A DNA stretch of 64,000 nt from assembly GCF_963506605.1 (NCBI RefSeq), contig NC_083284.1:20522001-20586000 (forward strand). Reading direction: 5' to 3'. The notes under the pieces are model-generated. The model saw only the letters and a list, made by a program, of their open reading frames with translations, did no database searches and was not told where the DNA came from. The translations under genes and the position numbers were made by a program. Source of the stretch: Zootoca vivipara. Lineage: Eukaryota. Shown in pieces: positions 1 through 42,337 of this stretch; within the stretch, counting starts at the first letter, position 1; each line of letters starts with the position of its first letter.

Positions 1-114
1 AAAAGTCAGAGGTTTCTCTGTTCTGGCAATGGGAATGTAGCAATCCTTAGTTCTTTCCTCTTCGAAGCGATGTAGTATCTGTGCAAATGCAAACATTAGC
101 ATGTAGTATCCAGA

Positions 115-530
115 TGGGGGCAGATAGGGCTCGTCAACCTGGGAAGGTAGCCCATCTAGGAGAAGGAAAACTCTGATCCTAAACCTCCATTGCCTTGTGG
201 GATACGTTCAGGAGAATAAAAGGCTAAGGCATAAAACCCTACAGAAATACGGGGTGGAGTCCCTAAGATGGTTGGATGAGGCCTTGTACACCTCCTTCTG
301 GCTACTCTTGTAGCCAAGCTGGTGCCAAACATATTGCTCTCCTTTCCTTTAGACCACATCAGCGAGGCCAAGAGGGGGTCTTGTCGTCTGGCCAGCCCAG
401 GACCTCCAAACACACTGCCCAGGCTTGTGCTCCGGGGAGGTCCCTTTGGTGCTGCTAACACAGCAGATTTGACTTCACCCCCAGAGGTGCACTCCATTGT
501 CTCTCGAGACAAACGGATGCCAACAATGTT
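115..530 (+). mobile_element. Probable RTE-derived short non-autonomous retroelement in gene 0 intron 1
   Basis: Absent at the paralogous gene A site (~15205) and flanked by CAGAT. It has an RTE-like 5' motif CTAGGAGAAGGAAAACTCTG and a 3' end GTCTCTCGAGACAAACGGATGCC resembling the RTE tail at ~20410. Confidence 0.5.
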
Positions 531-575
531 CAGATAGATTGAGATAGACTGAGCCATAAGAACAGTTTTCCATAC

Positions 576-593
576 CTTTCCTGTAGTTGCCAT
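576..593 (-). CDS. ADH gene 0, coding exon 1 only (MATTGK); the rest of the gene lies left of the window
   Basis: ATG GCA ACT ACA GGA AAG followed by a GT donor, matching the 18-nt first coding exon of vertebrate ADHs. Flanks 1-1650 are homologous to the gene A exon-1 region (15100-16360). Confidence 0.85.
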
Positions 594-2218
594 GTGTCTG
601 GATCCTGGCTTTCAGTCTTGCCACAAGCTCACTCTTTTACGAAGGTCTTCTCTTATTGCTTATCACTTCTTGCCTAAAGCAAGAACATGGAGATACACAA
701 ACAACAATTTCCTGCAGTACACACAAAATTTATAATCGATTATAGGCCACCTGGGAAAGGGGAGGGCCCATTTCTAGCTGGGATTCAAAGTTCTTTCATT
801 CCTGGCAAGTATTTATCAGCTCCCTCTGGAGTTGCCACCCAAAGTTAAATACCATTTAGAGTTAGGACAATATTGGATCTAAAAAGAAAAAGGTCAGTTC
901 AGGTACAGACATTCTGACTAACAACTTGTACATAAAAGTGAAAATCAATCTGGTCCATCTTCTCTTGCTCAAATTTTTTATTTAGAACAGAGCATAATCA
1001 CTCAGACCCCAGAGGCCACACACTTTTTTACTAATGCATAAAGGAGGGAGTGCAGAGGCCATTAGGGTCAAAAACTGGGAGAGAAATTCTATTACAGGTT
1101 ATTTAAGAACAGGCAAATCCTCACTTTTGCGCGATCATGCATACGCACAGCACCAGGAAATAATTAAACAATTTATTTCATAGCCAAAAACGGCATGAGA
1201 GACCTAGAGAGTCCTTATGGTTTTCTGTGTGTCCTCCAGCCTCCTGCAGGCCCCAGAGCTTAGATTCCTGTTGTGGAATTTTACCAGAAGGAATCTAGTT
1301 ATTTTCTTTTGTGTGTTCTTCTACCCAGTGTGGGTGCCTGAGGGTTATTTGAAGAGCTTAATAAACCATTCAAATTCACATTTCAAGTGGTTTTACAAGG
1401 GAAGCCAAAAACCTGAAGATAAGCCTAGATCTGGTTTCTGCCCTATGGGAAAATATGGGCTTCCAGATTGCAAAGATCACTGCATTTGGCAGGACGGATG
1501 TTCGCCATATAACCACCAGAATTGCTATTATATGTTTATCATACCCGCCCTCCAGGGACTCAGGTAGTAAATTGCCTCTCTCGGAGGGAGATTAGGCTGA
1601 ATGGCAGGGCAGAGTGTAGTGCAGGCGTCAGCAACATGCGGCCCATGGGCTGGATCCATCCCACAAAGACCATTTTACCAGCCCATGAGCCGCTATCGAG
1701 CTGCCCGCTCAGTGAGTCCCCCATGTGCTGTGCTAAACTGGCGCAGCGTGGGGACTTGCCGAGCAGAGCCGAAAATCACGTCTGTGCACGCGCAGATACC
1801 ATAAATCGCTTCTGTGCACGCCCATCTGTTTACTCATATGCTAGAGACCACACACTTTTTACCAGGGCCATAGCCAAAGGGGAGCTAGTCCGTGTGTTTG
1901 CCGCGGGTGACCCTTTCTGGAGGGGGACATTTAGGCTTACAGCTGAACCTGCCAGCATTTAAAGTGCAGGGCGGGGAAAGTGAACATTTGCTTACACTGC
2001 GCTCCTAGTTCTCTATTCTGACCTATGCCTCATTTCTGATGTGTATATTATGTAAGACTGGCACCGTGGGAGGGCATGGGAAAGGCGAGGCTACCAGCTT
2101 CACGGCTGCCTTCACCATTCCTGACCAATGCAAGGACTTGAAGGGAGGTCTACTTGAGTTCGTTGAGTGTGGGGAGAACTTTCAATGGCCAAAATTCCCC
2201 ACACTTTAATCTTACATC

Positions 2219-2251
<33 letters not shown>
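2219..2251. repeat. (TTG)n microsatellite
   Basis: Direct inspection. Confidence 0.9.
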
Positions 2252-2461
2252 ATATTTGCACTGAGAAGAGCCTGTGAACCTGTCAGTCAGACTCTGTCCA
2301 AAGGTCACTCCCTCTTCTGCTTTAACCATGTTATTTACAATTCCTTATACTGTATTAATGGGGAAGGACTTGAGACTCGCAGTGTGTAACAACTTTTAAA
2401 GACTTTAAAAATACATGATAAACTAATAATAATCCTAATCCGGGAACTCATTGGTTCAGCC

Positions 2462-2598
2462 CAGGCTTCCTCAACCTCGACCCTCCAGATGCTTTTGGAC
2501 TATAACTCCCATGATCCCTAGCTAGCAGGACCAGTGGTCAGGGATGATTGGAATTGTAGTCTCAAAACATCTGGAGGGCCGAGGTTGAGGAAGCCTTG
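2462..2598. mobile_element. Palindromic hAT-type MITE
   Basis: Long inverted repeat CAGGCTTCCTCAACCTCG.CCCTCCAGATG ... CATCTGGAGGG.CGAGGTTGAGGAAGCCT; the core GGACTATAACTCCCATGATCCC is shared with the element at 36271. Confidence 0.7.
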
Positions 2599-3444
2599 TT
2601 CATCCCCCTTCACCTTGACCTTCCAGCACTGAGGGAAAGATCTGAAGGGAGATTGTAAGTGCATTGGCCAATGTGAATGGGAACCCTGATCATGCAGGGG
2701 TCAAGGTCAGAAGCACACTGTAAATTTAAAGCGTATGTAGAGCACATTGCTTCTCTCAAAAAAATAAATAAATCATGGGAACTGTAGTTTGTTAAGGGAC
2801 CTTGGAATTATAACTCTGTGAGGGGGAAGTCACGACTGTTAAAAGTGATGCAATAGTGTTTTAAATGTAATGTGTGTTCAGAATGGCTCTGTTACAAGTG
2901 TATACCTGGGCACACATGTGTCCAGGCAGCACTCATTTATATTCAAATACACACTGCTAATAGTTTATGGCTTTTGCTGGAGTTATGACCCTTAAACTTA
3001 ACAAGTGTTAAGCTTAACAAGGCTCTTAACAAGAAGCTCTCAAACAAGGAAACAAAGAAAGCTCGTTTTATTATATCAAATAGGAGCGATAGAATGCTGC
3101 TTCAGACAGCAAAGATACAATCTAAGCAGGTAGCAAATTCTACAATACACGCACACCTTTACTAAAGAGTAAAAGATTAGCTAACTATATTAATAGTCTG
3201 CAGAAATATGGGCATGGCAATCTTGCCATAATCCCACTCTAGAAGGGGGGTGGGTGGGCTCTGTCCTTAAAGCAAAGCAGACGTGTGCAGACTCCCGAGG
3301 ATTACTGAATAAGTGTTATGCTGATGGAGCTGGAAGAACTAGCAAACTACTGGAAAGTCTGGGGTTCCAGGGTCACCAAAGTTAGGGTCTCCTGTCATAT
3401 ACTTATGCCACAATCTACAGAGATAAACCATATTATAAATTCAG

Positions 3445-3447
<3 letters not shown>

Positions 3448-3490
<43 letters not shown>
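3448..3490. repeat. (CA)n microsatellite
   Basis: Perfect CA run ~300 bp downstream of the gene A stop codon. Confidence 0.95.
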
Positions 3491-3492
<2 letters not shown>

Positions 3493-3784
3493 CTTCAAGA
3501 GTTCTTTGAAACAGGTGATGGTGAACTGGTTGTGAAAGTTCCTAGTTAGACACCAGGTGGTCCTAACAACATTTTAAAAGCACCCCCACCTTATATTTGC
3601 AGGTTAAAATAATGTATGCATGGTTACAATAATGTATGCAATAATGTTTCCCCTATATTTGCTTCTCAACTCTTATTGGTTGTTAAATCCTCAACTATTT
3701 CAATAAAAGCTCTGTTGAATTTGAGGAGGGATGCAAAACGTATGTGTCCAGCTGAGGCCCTTCTTGCTAGTTGCTTCTGGAAAT

Positions 3785-15262
<11,478 letters not shown>

Positions 15263-16629
15263 GTGTCCAGATCTGACTTTCAGTTTTGCCACAAGCTTGT
15301 TCCTTTACAAAGTACTTCTCTTCTTGTTTATCACTCCTTGCCTAAAGCAAGAATGTAGAGATACAGAACATACTATTTCTTCCACCACACACATAATGTA
15401 TAATCTATTATAGGCCAGGGTCCATTTCTAGCTGGGATTCAAAGTTCTTTTGTTCCTGGCAAGTATTTAGCTGAAATAAATTCCCCCTGGAGCTGCCATC
15501 TAAAGTAAACGACCGAGCTAGGACAATATTGGATCTAAAAAGAAAAAGGTCAGTTCAGGTACAGACATTCTGACTAACAACTTGTACATATAAGTGAAAA
15601 TCAATCTGGTCCATCCTCTCTTGCTCAAATTATTTATTTAGAATAGAGCATAATCACACACAATGTGTTTACTCAGACCCCAGAAGCCACACACTTTTTA
15701 CTAATGCATAAAAGAGGGAGTACAGAAGCTGTTAGGATCAAAAACTGGGAGAAAATTTTTATTACAGGTTATTTAAGAACAGGCAAATCCTCACTTTTGC
15801 GCTATCGTGCATACGCACAGCACCAGGAAATAATTAAACAATTTATTTCATAGCCAAAAACGGCATGAGAGACCTAGAGAGTCCTTATGGTTTTCTGCGT
15901 GTCCTCCAGCCTCCTGCAGGCCCCAGAGCTTAGATTCCTGTTGTGGAATTTTACCAGAAGGAAACTAGTTATTTTCTTTTGTGTGTTCTTCTACCCAGTG
16001 CGGGTGCCTGAGGGTTATTTGAAGAGCTTAATAAACCATTCAAATTCACATTTCAAGTGGTTTTACAAGGGAAGCCAAAAACCTGAAGATAAGCCTAGAT
16101 CTGGTTTCTGCCCTATGGGGAAATATGGGCTTCCAGATTGCAAAGATCATTGCATTTGGCAGGACGGATGTCCGCCATGTAACCACCGGAATTGCTATTA
16201 TATGTTTATCACACCCGCCCTCCAGGGACTCAGGCAGTAAATTGCCTCTCTCCCATGTTATCTTCATGACCTTGTCATGGAGGGAGATTAGGCTGAATGG
16301 CAGGGCAGAGTGTAGTGCAGGGTTGACAACGTGCGGCCCATGGGCTGGATCCAGCCCACAAAGACGCAGGCGTGATTTCCAGCATCTGGGCATGCAGACG
16401 CGATTTCCGGTGTTGCACTGTGCCAGTCTGGCCCACGGACGATCTCCACGGGAGTGACCCGGCCCATAGCAGACCCCTGGTAAAGTGGTTGCCTCAGGTG
16501 GCCGATGTTGAGCGATGGGGAGCTGACAGAGCAGTGAGAGTCATGAGCCCTACCCTGTGATCTTTAAACTAGCCATTCTCAGGTGTGGTGAACTCAGTCC
16601 AATTGTCAATGTTGAAGTAAGGCTCAACC

Positions 16630-17175
16630 AGCCGGGTTGGCTTTTGTATCAAGAACCCATCTCCTACCTACTGGTCAAGCTTTTGTCTTAGATCCCTCTT
16701 TAGCTCTGTGGCCTATGGAAACAACCTTAAATCCCAAGGTTAAAACAAAACATTACTATGGTTGTCATTAGTGGCTGCCAGAATGACAGTGGCTCAGCTT
16801 TGGAAATCTTCTACTCCCCTTTTGCAAACAGTTTGGCAATAGTACTCTCAGAGTAGCTCGGCCACCACTGCAGAGTGCTTTAGGTGTGGTATCAATTCAT
16901 TCACTTATATAAACAAAATTGTGGGAGTGCTCCACCCTCCTGTCACTCACATGTCAATGTGGAGATTTTATCTTGGGTGTAGATTAAAAAATATATAATT
17001 TGTTTCTGATGTGCTTATATTGATCTGTTTTGTGCTGTTTTGTGCTGCAAGTCTGATGTGCTTATATTGATCTGTTTTGTGCTGCAAGTCAGCTCTGCAA
17101 CCTGCACCAAACCGCTTTGGAAAGCGGTTATTTGCTTTTATCTTTTTGTATGTTTTGAGATAAATAAATTTAAAA
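16630..17175 (+). mobile_element. Degenerate L1/Tx1-like 3' fragment
   Basis: Translation LLWLSLVAARMTVAQLWKS resembles the L1 ORF2 C-terminus; ends in AATAAA plus an A-rich tail. Confidence 0.45.
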
Positions 17176-17929
17176 AGAGAACTGATTTGGACTTAAGTTT
17201 TCCCCCAGGACAATCTGGCAACAGATTTTCTGCAGAGCGTTCGTTTATTACTAACGAAAGACAAAGCAACATAGCATTCAAATGAAGCGAATGAACAAGT
17301 CCATTTTGAAAAACAATTCCAATTCGGAATTGTTTTTGAAAAACAATTTTGAAAAACAATTCCAATTCGGCTGTCAAACCGCCTTTGGGCTTCCAAGCAC
17401 GAGTTAACATTTTTCATTGTTTATTCTGCACAATTTTCCTCTGAAGTTTATCACTCATAGATCTTTCATGCTCTTCCACTCAAGAATTCCAAGATCTTAA
17501 TTTGGACAGTTCTAGTGGCCCAAACAAACAAGAACTATATCTTTATTCCTTGATCAGCTGTCCTCAAGCAGGGCTTGAAGTTTTCTTTCTGGATTTCTTT
17601 CAGATCAGATCAAACAAAAGCCTTTGTCAGATGTTTCCACCACCAGGATGGTGAGGAAGGGCAGCAGCCGTACTGTTATGTACTAAGCTTGGATATCAGT
17701 TACCACTCTTGCAGACCTCCACCTGTTGGAGGCTGAACTTCTGCTGTAGGAAACCAGCTCTACCAGGTTTAGAAACCATCAGGGTTCTATACTGCAAAAG
17801 GAGTCTATCGAGTGTATGTGAAGGGAATGCTTGTCTTTTGCCTGATTCTCCTTGTGCTTCTCCCTGTCTTTGCTCCCCTCAAGATCCCCCCCAAAATCCT
17901 TAGATCAGTTTAACATATGGAAAATAATC

Positions 17930-18035
17930 TAGTCCAACCCCCTGCAATGCAGGAATACGGTATGCAGTTGTCTGATACAGGGATTGAACTTGCAACCAAG
18001 GCATTATCAGCACAATGTTCTAACCAACTGAGCTA
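17930..18035 (-). mobile_element. tRNA-derived SINE with CR1-like tail
   Basis: Minus strand TAGCTCAGTTGGTTAGAAC (A box) and GTTCAATCCC (B box), then ATTCCTGCATTGCAGGGGGTTGGACTAG. Confidence 0.6.
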
Positions 18036-18961
18036 AATAGTATTGAATCAGAATGAACTGTGGAAACCTGCACAGGACGAAGTCCGATGCTGTTTGCACT
18101 TGTGCTGCTTGTCATTGAGATTGTTGGTTGAACTTGGCAGTATATCATGCACCAGTCTTGTGGTGGGCAAAGGGTTGTTGATTTAGTCATAAAATTTTGT
18201 GCCCTTTACACAGTATAGACCCGGCAGGGCTAATTTATCAATAAGATAAGGAATATGAGCAGCAATAAGTATTAATATTAATATTAATATAGATAAAATT
18301 GATGCACACACCTGTTCTTAATGACTTTGACACATTTGCTAATATTTACTAATTGTTTACTAATTGTAAGAATTGTATAAAAGACTTGGGAGATTTCTCT
18401 TTTCAGGTTTTGGGTTTTGACCTGGGGGTACTGTCCTGCTGCAGGAGAAATAAACAAATAATTTTCAGGGTACATCCTGGAAGCCTTGCTGGTTTACTTG
18501 TGGTCTTCCCTGTTTATTTAAGATAACTAAAATCCTACCTAGGATGAGCTGAATTTGTGTTGTTTTAAAGCTGCAGAATGATGCAGGAACAGGATGGGAG
18601 ACTTACAAACAAACCCATAAGAAACAGACCTAGACTATCTTTCCATCCCTAGATAGGCAGCTTTCTGTTAGCTAATTTAACTCAGCTCTGGGTTTTGTTT
18701 TGTTTTCTGTGTATGATTTAGATTTGAGAGCATGATTTGGGATCTCTAAGCATCCAGAGCGAAGTGAAACCAAATCACTGTCGTGAACCATGCTATGTTT
18801 GTTTGTACAATTTCCGCTCCCATAATAAAGGCACGTCATGTCATTTGCCAGCAATTTTTATAGTGTATTTGCTTTTGTTTGTTTTTAAAAAGCAACCACA
18901 TTTGGAAGAGAGAATTCTTTGTGAGACGTTCCAGACTGAAGGCATTCAGCAAGCCAGCAAC

Positions 18962-28655
<9,694 letters not shown>

Positions 28656-31600
28656 GCTTGCGCGCTCCTTTGCGCACAGAAATCTGCTCGCCCCTTTTGC
28701 AGAGCTGCTCCGATTCCGAGCTTGGAAAGCGGAAACAACGACTAACCCCGATCTCCACTTGGGTGCGCGTTTCTCGTGGGAATTTTGAGATTAGAACAAA
28801 AGCGTAGAGGGATGAGGCCACGTTCCTTAAACTGGCCTATCAGTCTGCTGTAGACCTACCGCGAGGGACTCTGGGGGATGTAGTCCATTGCTTAGCCCGG
28901 CGTAGACGCAGCCTCAGAGCGTTTCCTAAAATGCCTCAAACTTCCCCGAATAGGGAAGCGTATATGAGAAGATGCGTGCCAATGGTGAGAGGTAACAGGC
29001 AGAAGGCGAGGACGAATATTTGTGCAGGTTTGCACGGCTGGTCTTTGTTTTGCCAGACACGTGTTATTTTAACCCCTGCACGGTCTTATTATTTTATTGG
29101 GAAAGATCCCTCTGTGTTTGCATGCTTCATATATTATCTGTTTCATCCTCCTGCGTTCCAAGGATAGGTGCTAAAGGAGTTATAAAAATTAACGATGTTT
29201 AAGGGTAGTATATGCAACATGACGCTGTTTTGTGGTGAATAAAATTAGATGATGGTTTCGTTCACACGCTACACTGAAAACAAGTACAAGCTGTCTCTAC
29301 ATACCCACAAGCCTTTGCACGAAAGAGTGTACAGTACTCTTGTTTGGCGTTGCATGGGATGGGAACAAGAACAAATGCAGGGAGTAGGGAGTCAGGGTGG
29401 AAATTAGCCCCAAAGTCTCAGCCCCATGACAATTACAGCTGTGGGGTGCAAATTAGCTTCCTGGGTTGTGTGAATGCAAACTATGCATAAGTATATAAGT
29501 ATATTGGGTGACTCCGTCTTGCCCCATATATAGGAAAACTCACTCACAGCTGCAAGGATTGCATTTGTATGCAAATTGCGGGAGCATGGATATGAATTGG
29601 GGCCATAGTAGAGAGCAAAGGGTTAATGCTCCCTTGACTATGTATTAGGGTTCCAGTCCAATCCCTAGAAGAGCAACTTGGAAGAGAAAAAAATCCAGTT
29701 CTATTACCCTTTTTGCAAATTCTCAGAATGCTTGAAATACAACACACACACAGAGAAACTGTATCTTGATTACTTTCACCTTGAGGGAAGGAGCTGTATA
29801 TATTCTTTTGGTTTGGGTGCCGATAAGAAATACTATACATTGTGAACGGAGAAGGTGGAATGATAACATCAACATTGCAAAGTTTTACAGTATTGTATTT
29901 TTCTTGTTAGTTAGGAGGTTGAACCACCTCAAAAGAGCAAATATTAATGCAAACAAACCAAGGTTGCTTGCATGGATCCTGGCAAGAACAAATATGACTA
30001 CAGGGTGAGGCTTATTCCAAACTCAGCAAGAGGTGTAATAACTGTAGAAAGTTTAAGTCAAATTCTCCATGTGAATTGTTCCTTAAGCCAGGGGTGGGGA
30101 ACAAATGACCACTCAGATGTTGTGGGAACACAGCTCCTATCATTCTTGACAAGGGGTGGGGGTGGGGAAATGTAAGTTCATATTTAAAGCCAAGTGTATC
30201 AATTTGATATATTTTGAAATTCACACTTAACCCAAATTTTGTGATAAGCTCTACAACCTACCAATGCTTGCAAGAATGCATTTTGCAAGTCTGGGGTAAC
30301 AGAGTTTGGGTGTGTGTGTACAAGAGCGCTTATAATGGCTAAAGTTAGTGAATGTTAGCAATTACTAAATGGTAGAATTTAGATAATATTGGGAGTATTG
30401 AAGAGAAGATGTCAGGCCAGTGGGAAAAAAAATACAAGCTAAACTCCCTTTCCAAGCCAGGGCCTCACACATTCCCAACATCCCCAGCCATGCTTGGCCC
30501 TGCCTGCTTCACTCTGCACCTTTGTGTGTTCATCATGAAGGTCTGAAAGAAAATTCTAAGGACATTCAGCTAAATACCCTTAGAAACCTTCCTATGATCA
30601 GCACTCCTGACACAATGTGAGACTCCAGAACATGTGGGGAAGATGCTAAGGGCATTTAGCTGAATGTGCTTCCTCTCCTTTCAGAATGCCAGGGTATAGA
30701 AGTTATGCCCTTATGCATTCGGGTGGGTGTCTGAAGAGACCCAATTCAATAGAGTTTGAAAGAGTCACATTTCCTAACCAAGGAAGCACGTCTCATGAGA
30801 CCTTCGGGTATAGGGCGGTATAGAAAATAAATAAATAAATAAATAAATAAGGCCTCACTAAAGTTTTTTTTTTAACCTAACCTTTCCATAGGTTTTTTAG
30901 GATTATCTCAGTTATTTCTTACTGTTTATACTTTTATTTAAATATGCAAAGATGATCACCAGCGTCCCTTCAAGCTCTATGATTCTATGAAAGGTGCCCG
31001 GAGAAACAGAAATATTAGTGATGGAAGTCCATTGGAATTCATAACTATTTTTATTAGGCGTTCACGATATAATCCATACAGTTCACCACTCCTTGCAATA
31101 TAAGGCACCAACCATACCCACCCTGGAATTTAAGCAGCAAAAACTTGTATTATTTTGCCATTGCCAGATTTTCATATCAGAACACACAAAAAACTACAGC
31201 AATTTTCCTTAAAGAGTTCTCAGGAAATAGTTATCATTTGTGCATCACCAAGAAACCTCTATGTCCTATACTTATTGCCAATGTAAAACGGTACGAAGTT
31301 TATTTCGGTAAAGAGATTTCGAGCTACTGATTTACAGCATGCATACTCCACAGGGTTCAGTGTGACTTAATCCCAAATATATATAAGACAGCTGCCTAAA
31401 CTACCCACCCTCTCACCTTTAAAATACAGTACATGATTATAATTATTTGTGTTGTTGCTTCATTAAACAGGATATTGATAGTTTGAATCACAACGTAAGA
31501 TTGTCTTTATGGTAATTTTCTTCTGTTGCATTTGGAGGAAAAACGTGACGGTCTTGGGGTAGACCTACGTGTTGATAAATGAGCATTGCCAGGGTTGACA

Positions 31601-31705
31601 TTGCAGAGTCCAGTCATCTTCACCTACAGTACATCCTACTAGGCAATGTGGCGATCTGAGCTTGCAAAGGTCATTGTCTTGTATTCTTCCTCATCAGCAT
31701 GGACT

Positions 31706-39807
<8,102 letters not shown>

Positions 39808-40476
39808 GATGTAGAACTTTGTAATCCACCGTATTTGCTTCCTCTGTGTCGTTTCAGAACTTCTAGAAGTACAAAGGTTCTTCTTTGGCTTATCTTTCAA
39901 CTAAACGTAACCCTTCCCCAGTTCGACGCCAAGAAATGTGGCCACTCCTCTACGTTCAGTTTGATTCCACCTGCAATTTCACAACTTTGAAGGAAGTACG
40001 TTAACAGTCCTCAGCTGCAGTACAGCACATCGTGCATTAGATTGCACTCAAGGAAATTAGTATTTTTGTGATGTTAAGAAACAACACCCTTACTGTGAGG
40101 GTGGGGATTGTAGAGAGGCATTGTGTGAGTCACATGCCCCCATCACCCATGACCATCTTGAAAAAACACATGGGACACGTTGCTTGGGTCAAATATTGGC
40201 ACAACTTTATTGATTACAGAGGAAGGGTTTGGCCAGGCATTGGGAAAACCATTTTAAGTGCCAGCCCACCTGTATATCTGTGGGGTCAACTCAAGGCAAA
40301 CAGGCCCCTAATGACACACATAAAGTAGGAACCCCCTTTGTGGTTGCTGCCTTGAGGAGTACCGTGGCCTTCGCTCCTGCCTGGGCTTCAGAACAGAAAC
40401 CACTCCTTCCAGATCCCTTTGCAGGGTTTACCATTGGCTTGATGCTTAATGCAATATATGAATATGTAATATCTTA

Positions 40477-41109
40477 TCCTATATAATAAAGTCCAAGTGT
40501 CTCTGCGTCCAGTCCCTGTGTCCGTGGGTTTGCGCTACTGCGCTACTGCACATGTGCCCCATGGGCAGCCATTGGGACTTGGAGCACAGAGACACAAGGC
40601 ATTCGGCTCCCTCCCTCTCTCCCTCAGTTCAGTCAATCAGTCCGTCAGTGATTGAGAGTCATGTGTTGTTCGTTGGCGGCGGCGGCGGACGGGACGGTCT
40701 ACTCTGGCCGGTTGGTCGGTCGGTGTTGGATGGAGGGTCCCGTCTGCCTCGCCTGCTCTCTCTGGAATGTACTGGGGGGCGGCTGCCGAGTAGCGAGGAC
40801 TCTAGCGAGGCAGTGCCGCTGAGGGAAGGTGAGAAGGAGGGAAGCCGCGGCGCTGGCGGGTGGGTTGGGGGGTGGGTTGGGGGCGGGTTGGCTGTGGTGG
40901 GTGTGTTAAAAGCCGGTGAGGGGATGAAGAGAGGCCAAAGAAGTGCCAGGGCTTCGGGGAGGGAATGCGCGCGTGTATCCGCCCTCCCTCCCGTGCGAGC
41001 CAGCAAGTGACAGGCAGGCGCGCGTGCGGCTCCGCTCACGAGGGTTTTTACAAATGTTTGACAACATATATTCTAGCGCCCATTTATTTAACGGTCTCAA
41101 TGACACTAG
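40477..41109 (+). mobile_element. Non-autonomous Helitron upstream of gene C
   Basis: Starts A|TCCTATATAATAAAG and ends with an imperfect hairpin GCCC(A/G)TT..AACGGTC followed by CTAG|T; no TSD; GC-rich interior. Confidence 0.72.
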
Positions 41110-42337
41110 TAAACCTATAAAAACCCTGGACACCCATTGATCAGGGTCCAGACTTTCTGAGGTTACTCACTGGACATTTATTGCTCAGCAATAAACCTTA
41201 CTCTCAATTTCTCTACAACCACGTTTGTGATTTTTGAGAACCCACTGAACTAAGGTTTCCAGGTCCCACGCTACACTATTCCTGGGTTAGCAGAGTCTGT
41301 AACCTGAAGCGTCTGTAACCTGAAGCATCTGTAACACGAGGTACCACTGTACAGGGATTTAAGGGAACCCTGGTCATTGCATATGACCCAAATAACGTCA
41401 GGGGGAACGGCTTTTCCAACCTATCCTTGTCCTTGACATGCCGGTTTTCCAAGTGCAGGGAATATCTTGCGCGGAGGAAGATTCAAGCAAGCCGCAGCCT
41501 GCAACCTGTGAAGTGGTGCTGCCTGGAAACAAACTTTACCTGTGGCGTTTGAGGGGTAGAAGTGGGTTCAACCTTAGGAATCATTTCCACGATTATCCAA
41601 ACATAGCAAAAAGTATCCAAGTACCTTTCTTCAGTTCATGGGTTGTAAATGGCACAACTTAAAATAGGATTGTGGATTCACAAGGGCCCCAAAGCACCAT
41701 CTTGTCTATGTAAAACCTGTCAGATGAAAGAGAGAATTGGGTGTGGGCCTTGATTGATGGCATTTTCTGATGGCATTGATATCAAGTATCTGTGCCTGCT
41801 AAAAACATTCTTGTTTAAACAAGCCTACCCAGATGCTTAGAAAGTTGCTGTGGATTTTAACCACCTTTATTTGGTTAACTTTTTGCATGTTTTAATCTAT
41901 TGTTGTAAAAATTTCTGAAACTTACTGTTTTATCTTTGAGGTTTTGTTGCATTTTATAAAGTAATGTATACATTTTTTCAGGTAGTATATAAATTTAATG
42001 GAAATAATATTAGTAATTTTGCTATACAGTATAAACTGCAGGCCGCAGAAAAGATTCAGAGAAGCTGCTTTCAGAGAAAGACAGCTCAGAAGAGCTGTGT
42101 TTCAAACATTTATGTTAGCTCGTATCACAATAACTGTGCAAGAAATCAGTTTATTGTGAATTGCACACACATTTTTGTGTACTCTGGAGTTTCATGACAG
42201 GGCAGTCTTCTGTAACAACCAAATTCTCTTTTTGGTGATGCTGTATCAAACTAAGTCATACTCCGAGTAGCCCTAATCGCCTTAATTGACCAGCCTCTAC
42301 TGGATTAAGATTCTTACTATCATATGTGATGGTTATA

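Larger units (their letters stand above)
1..1650. repeat. Paralogous exon-1/upstream block shared with ~15100-16360
   Basis: Collinear similarity, including the near-identical incidental ORFs at 1217-1567 and 15887-16240. Confidence 0.9.

Noticed and set aside
1217-1567. 116-aa ORF repeated at 15887-16240
   Set aside because: The similarity is explained by the DNA duplication. About six amino-acid changes among few nucleotide changes and no known motif give no sign of coding constraint.
17674-17915. Possible solo LTR (TGTTATGTACT...TAACA) resembling the Gypsy LTR start
   Set aside because: The flanks do not form a TSD and there is no clear internal similarity.
18060-18100. Alternative exon 9 candidate for gene B
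   Set aside because: 18962-18986 has a better acceptor, the canonical 25-nt length and SIRIVLVF*.
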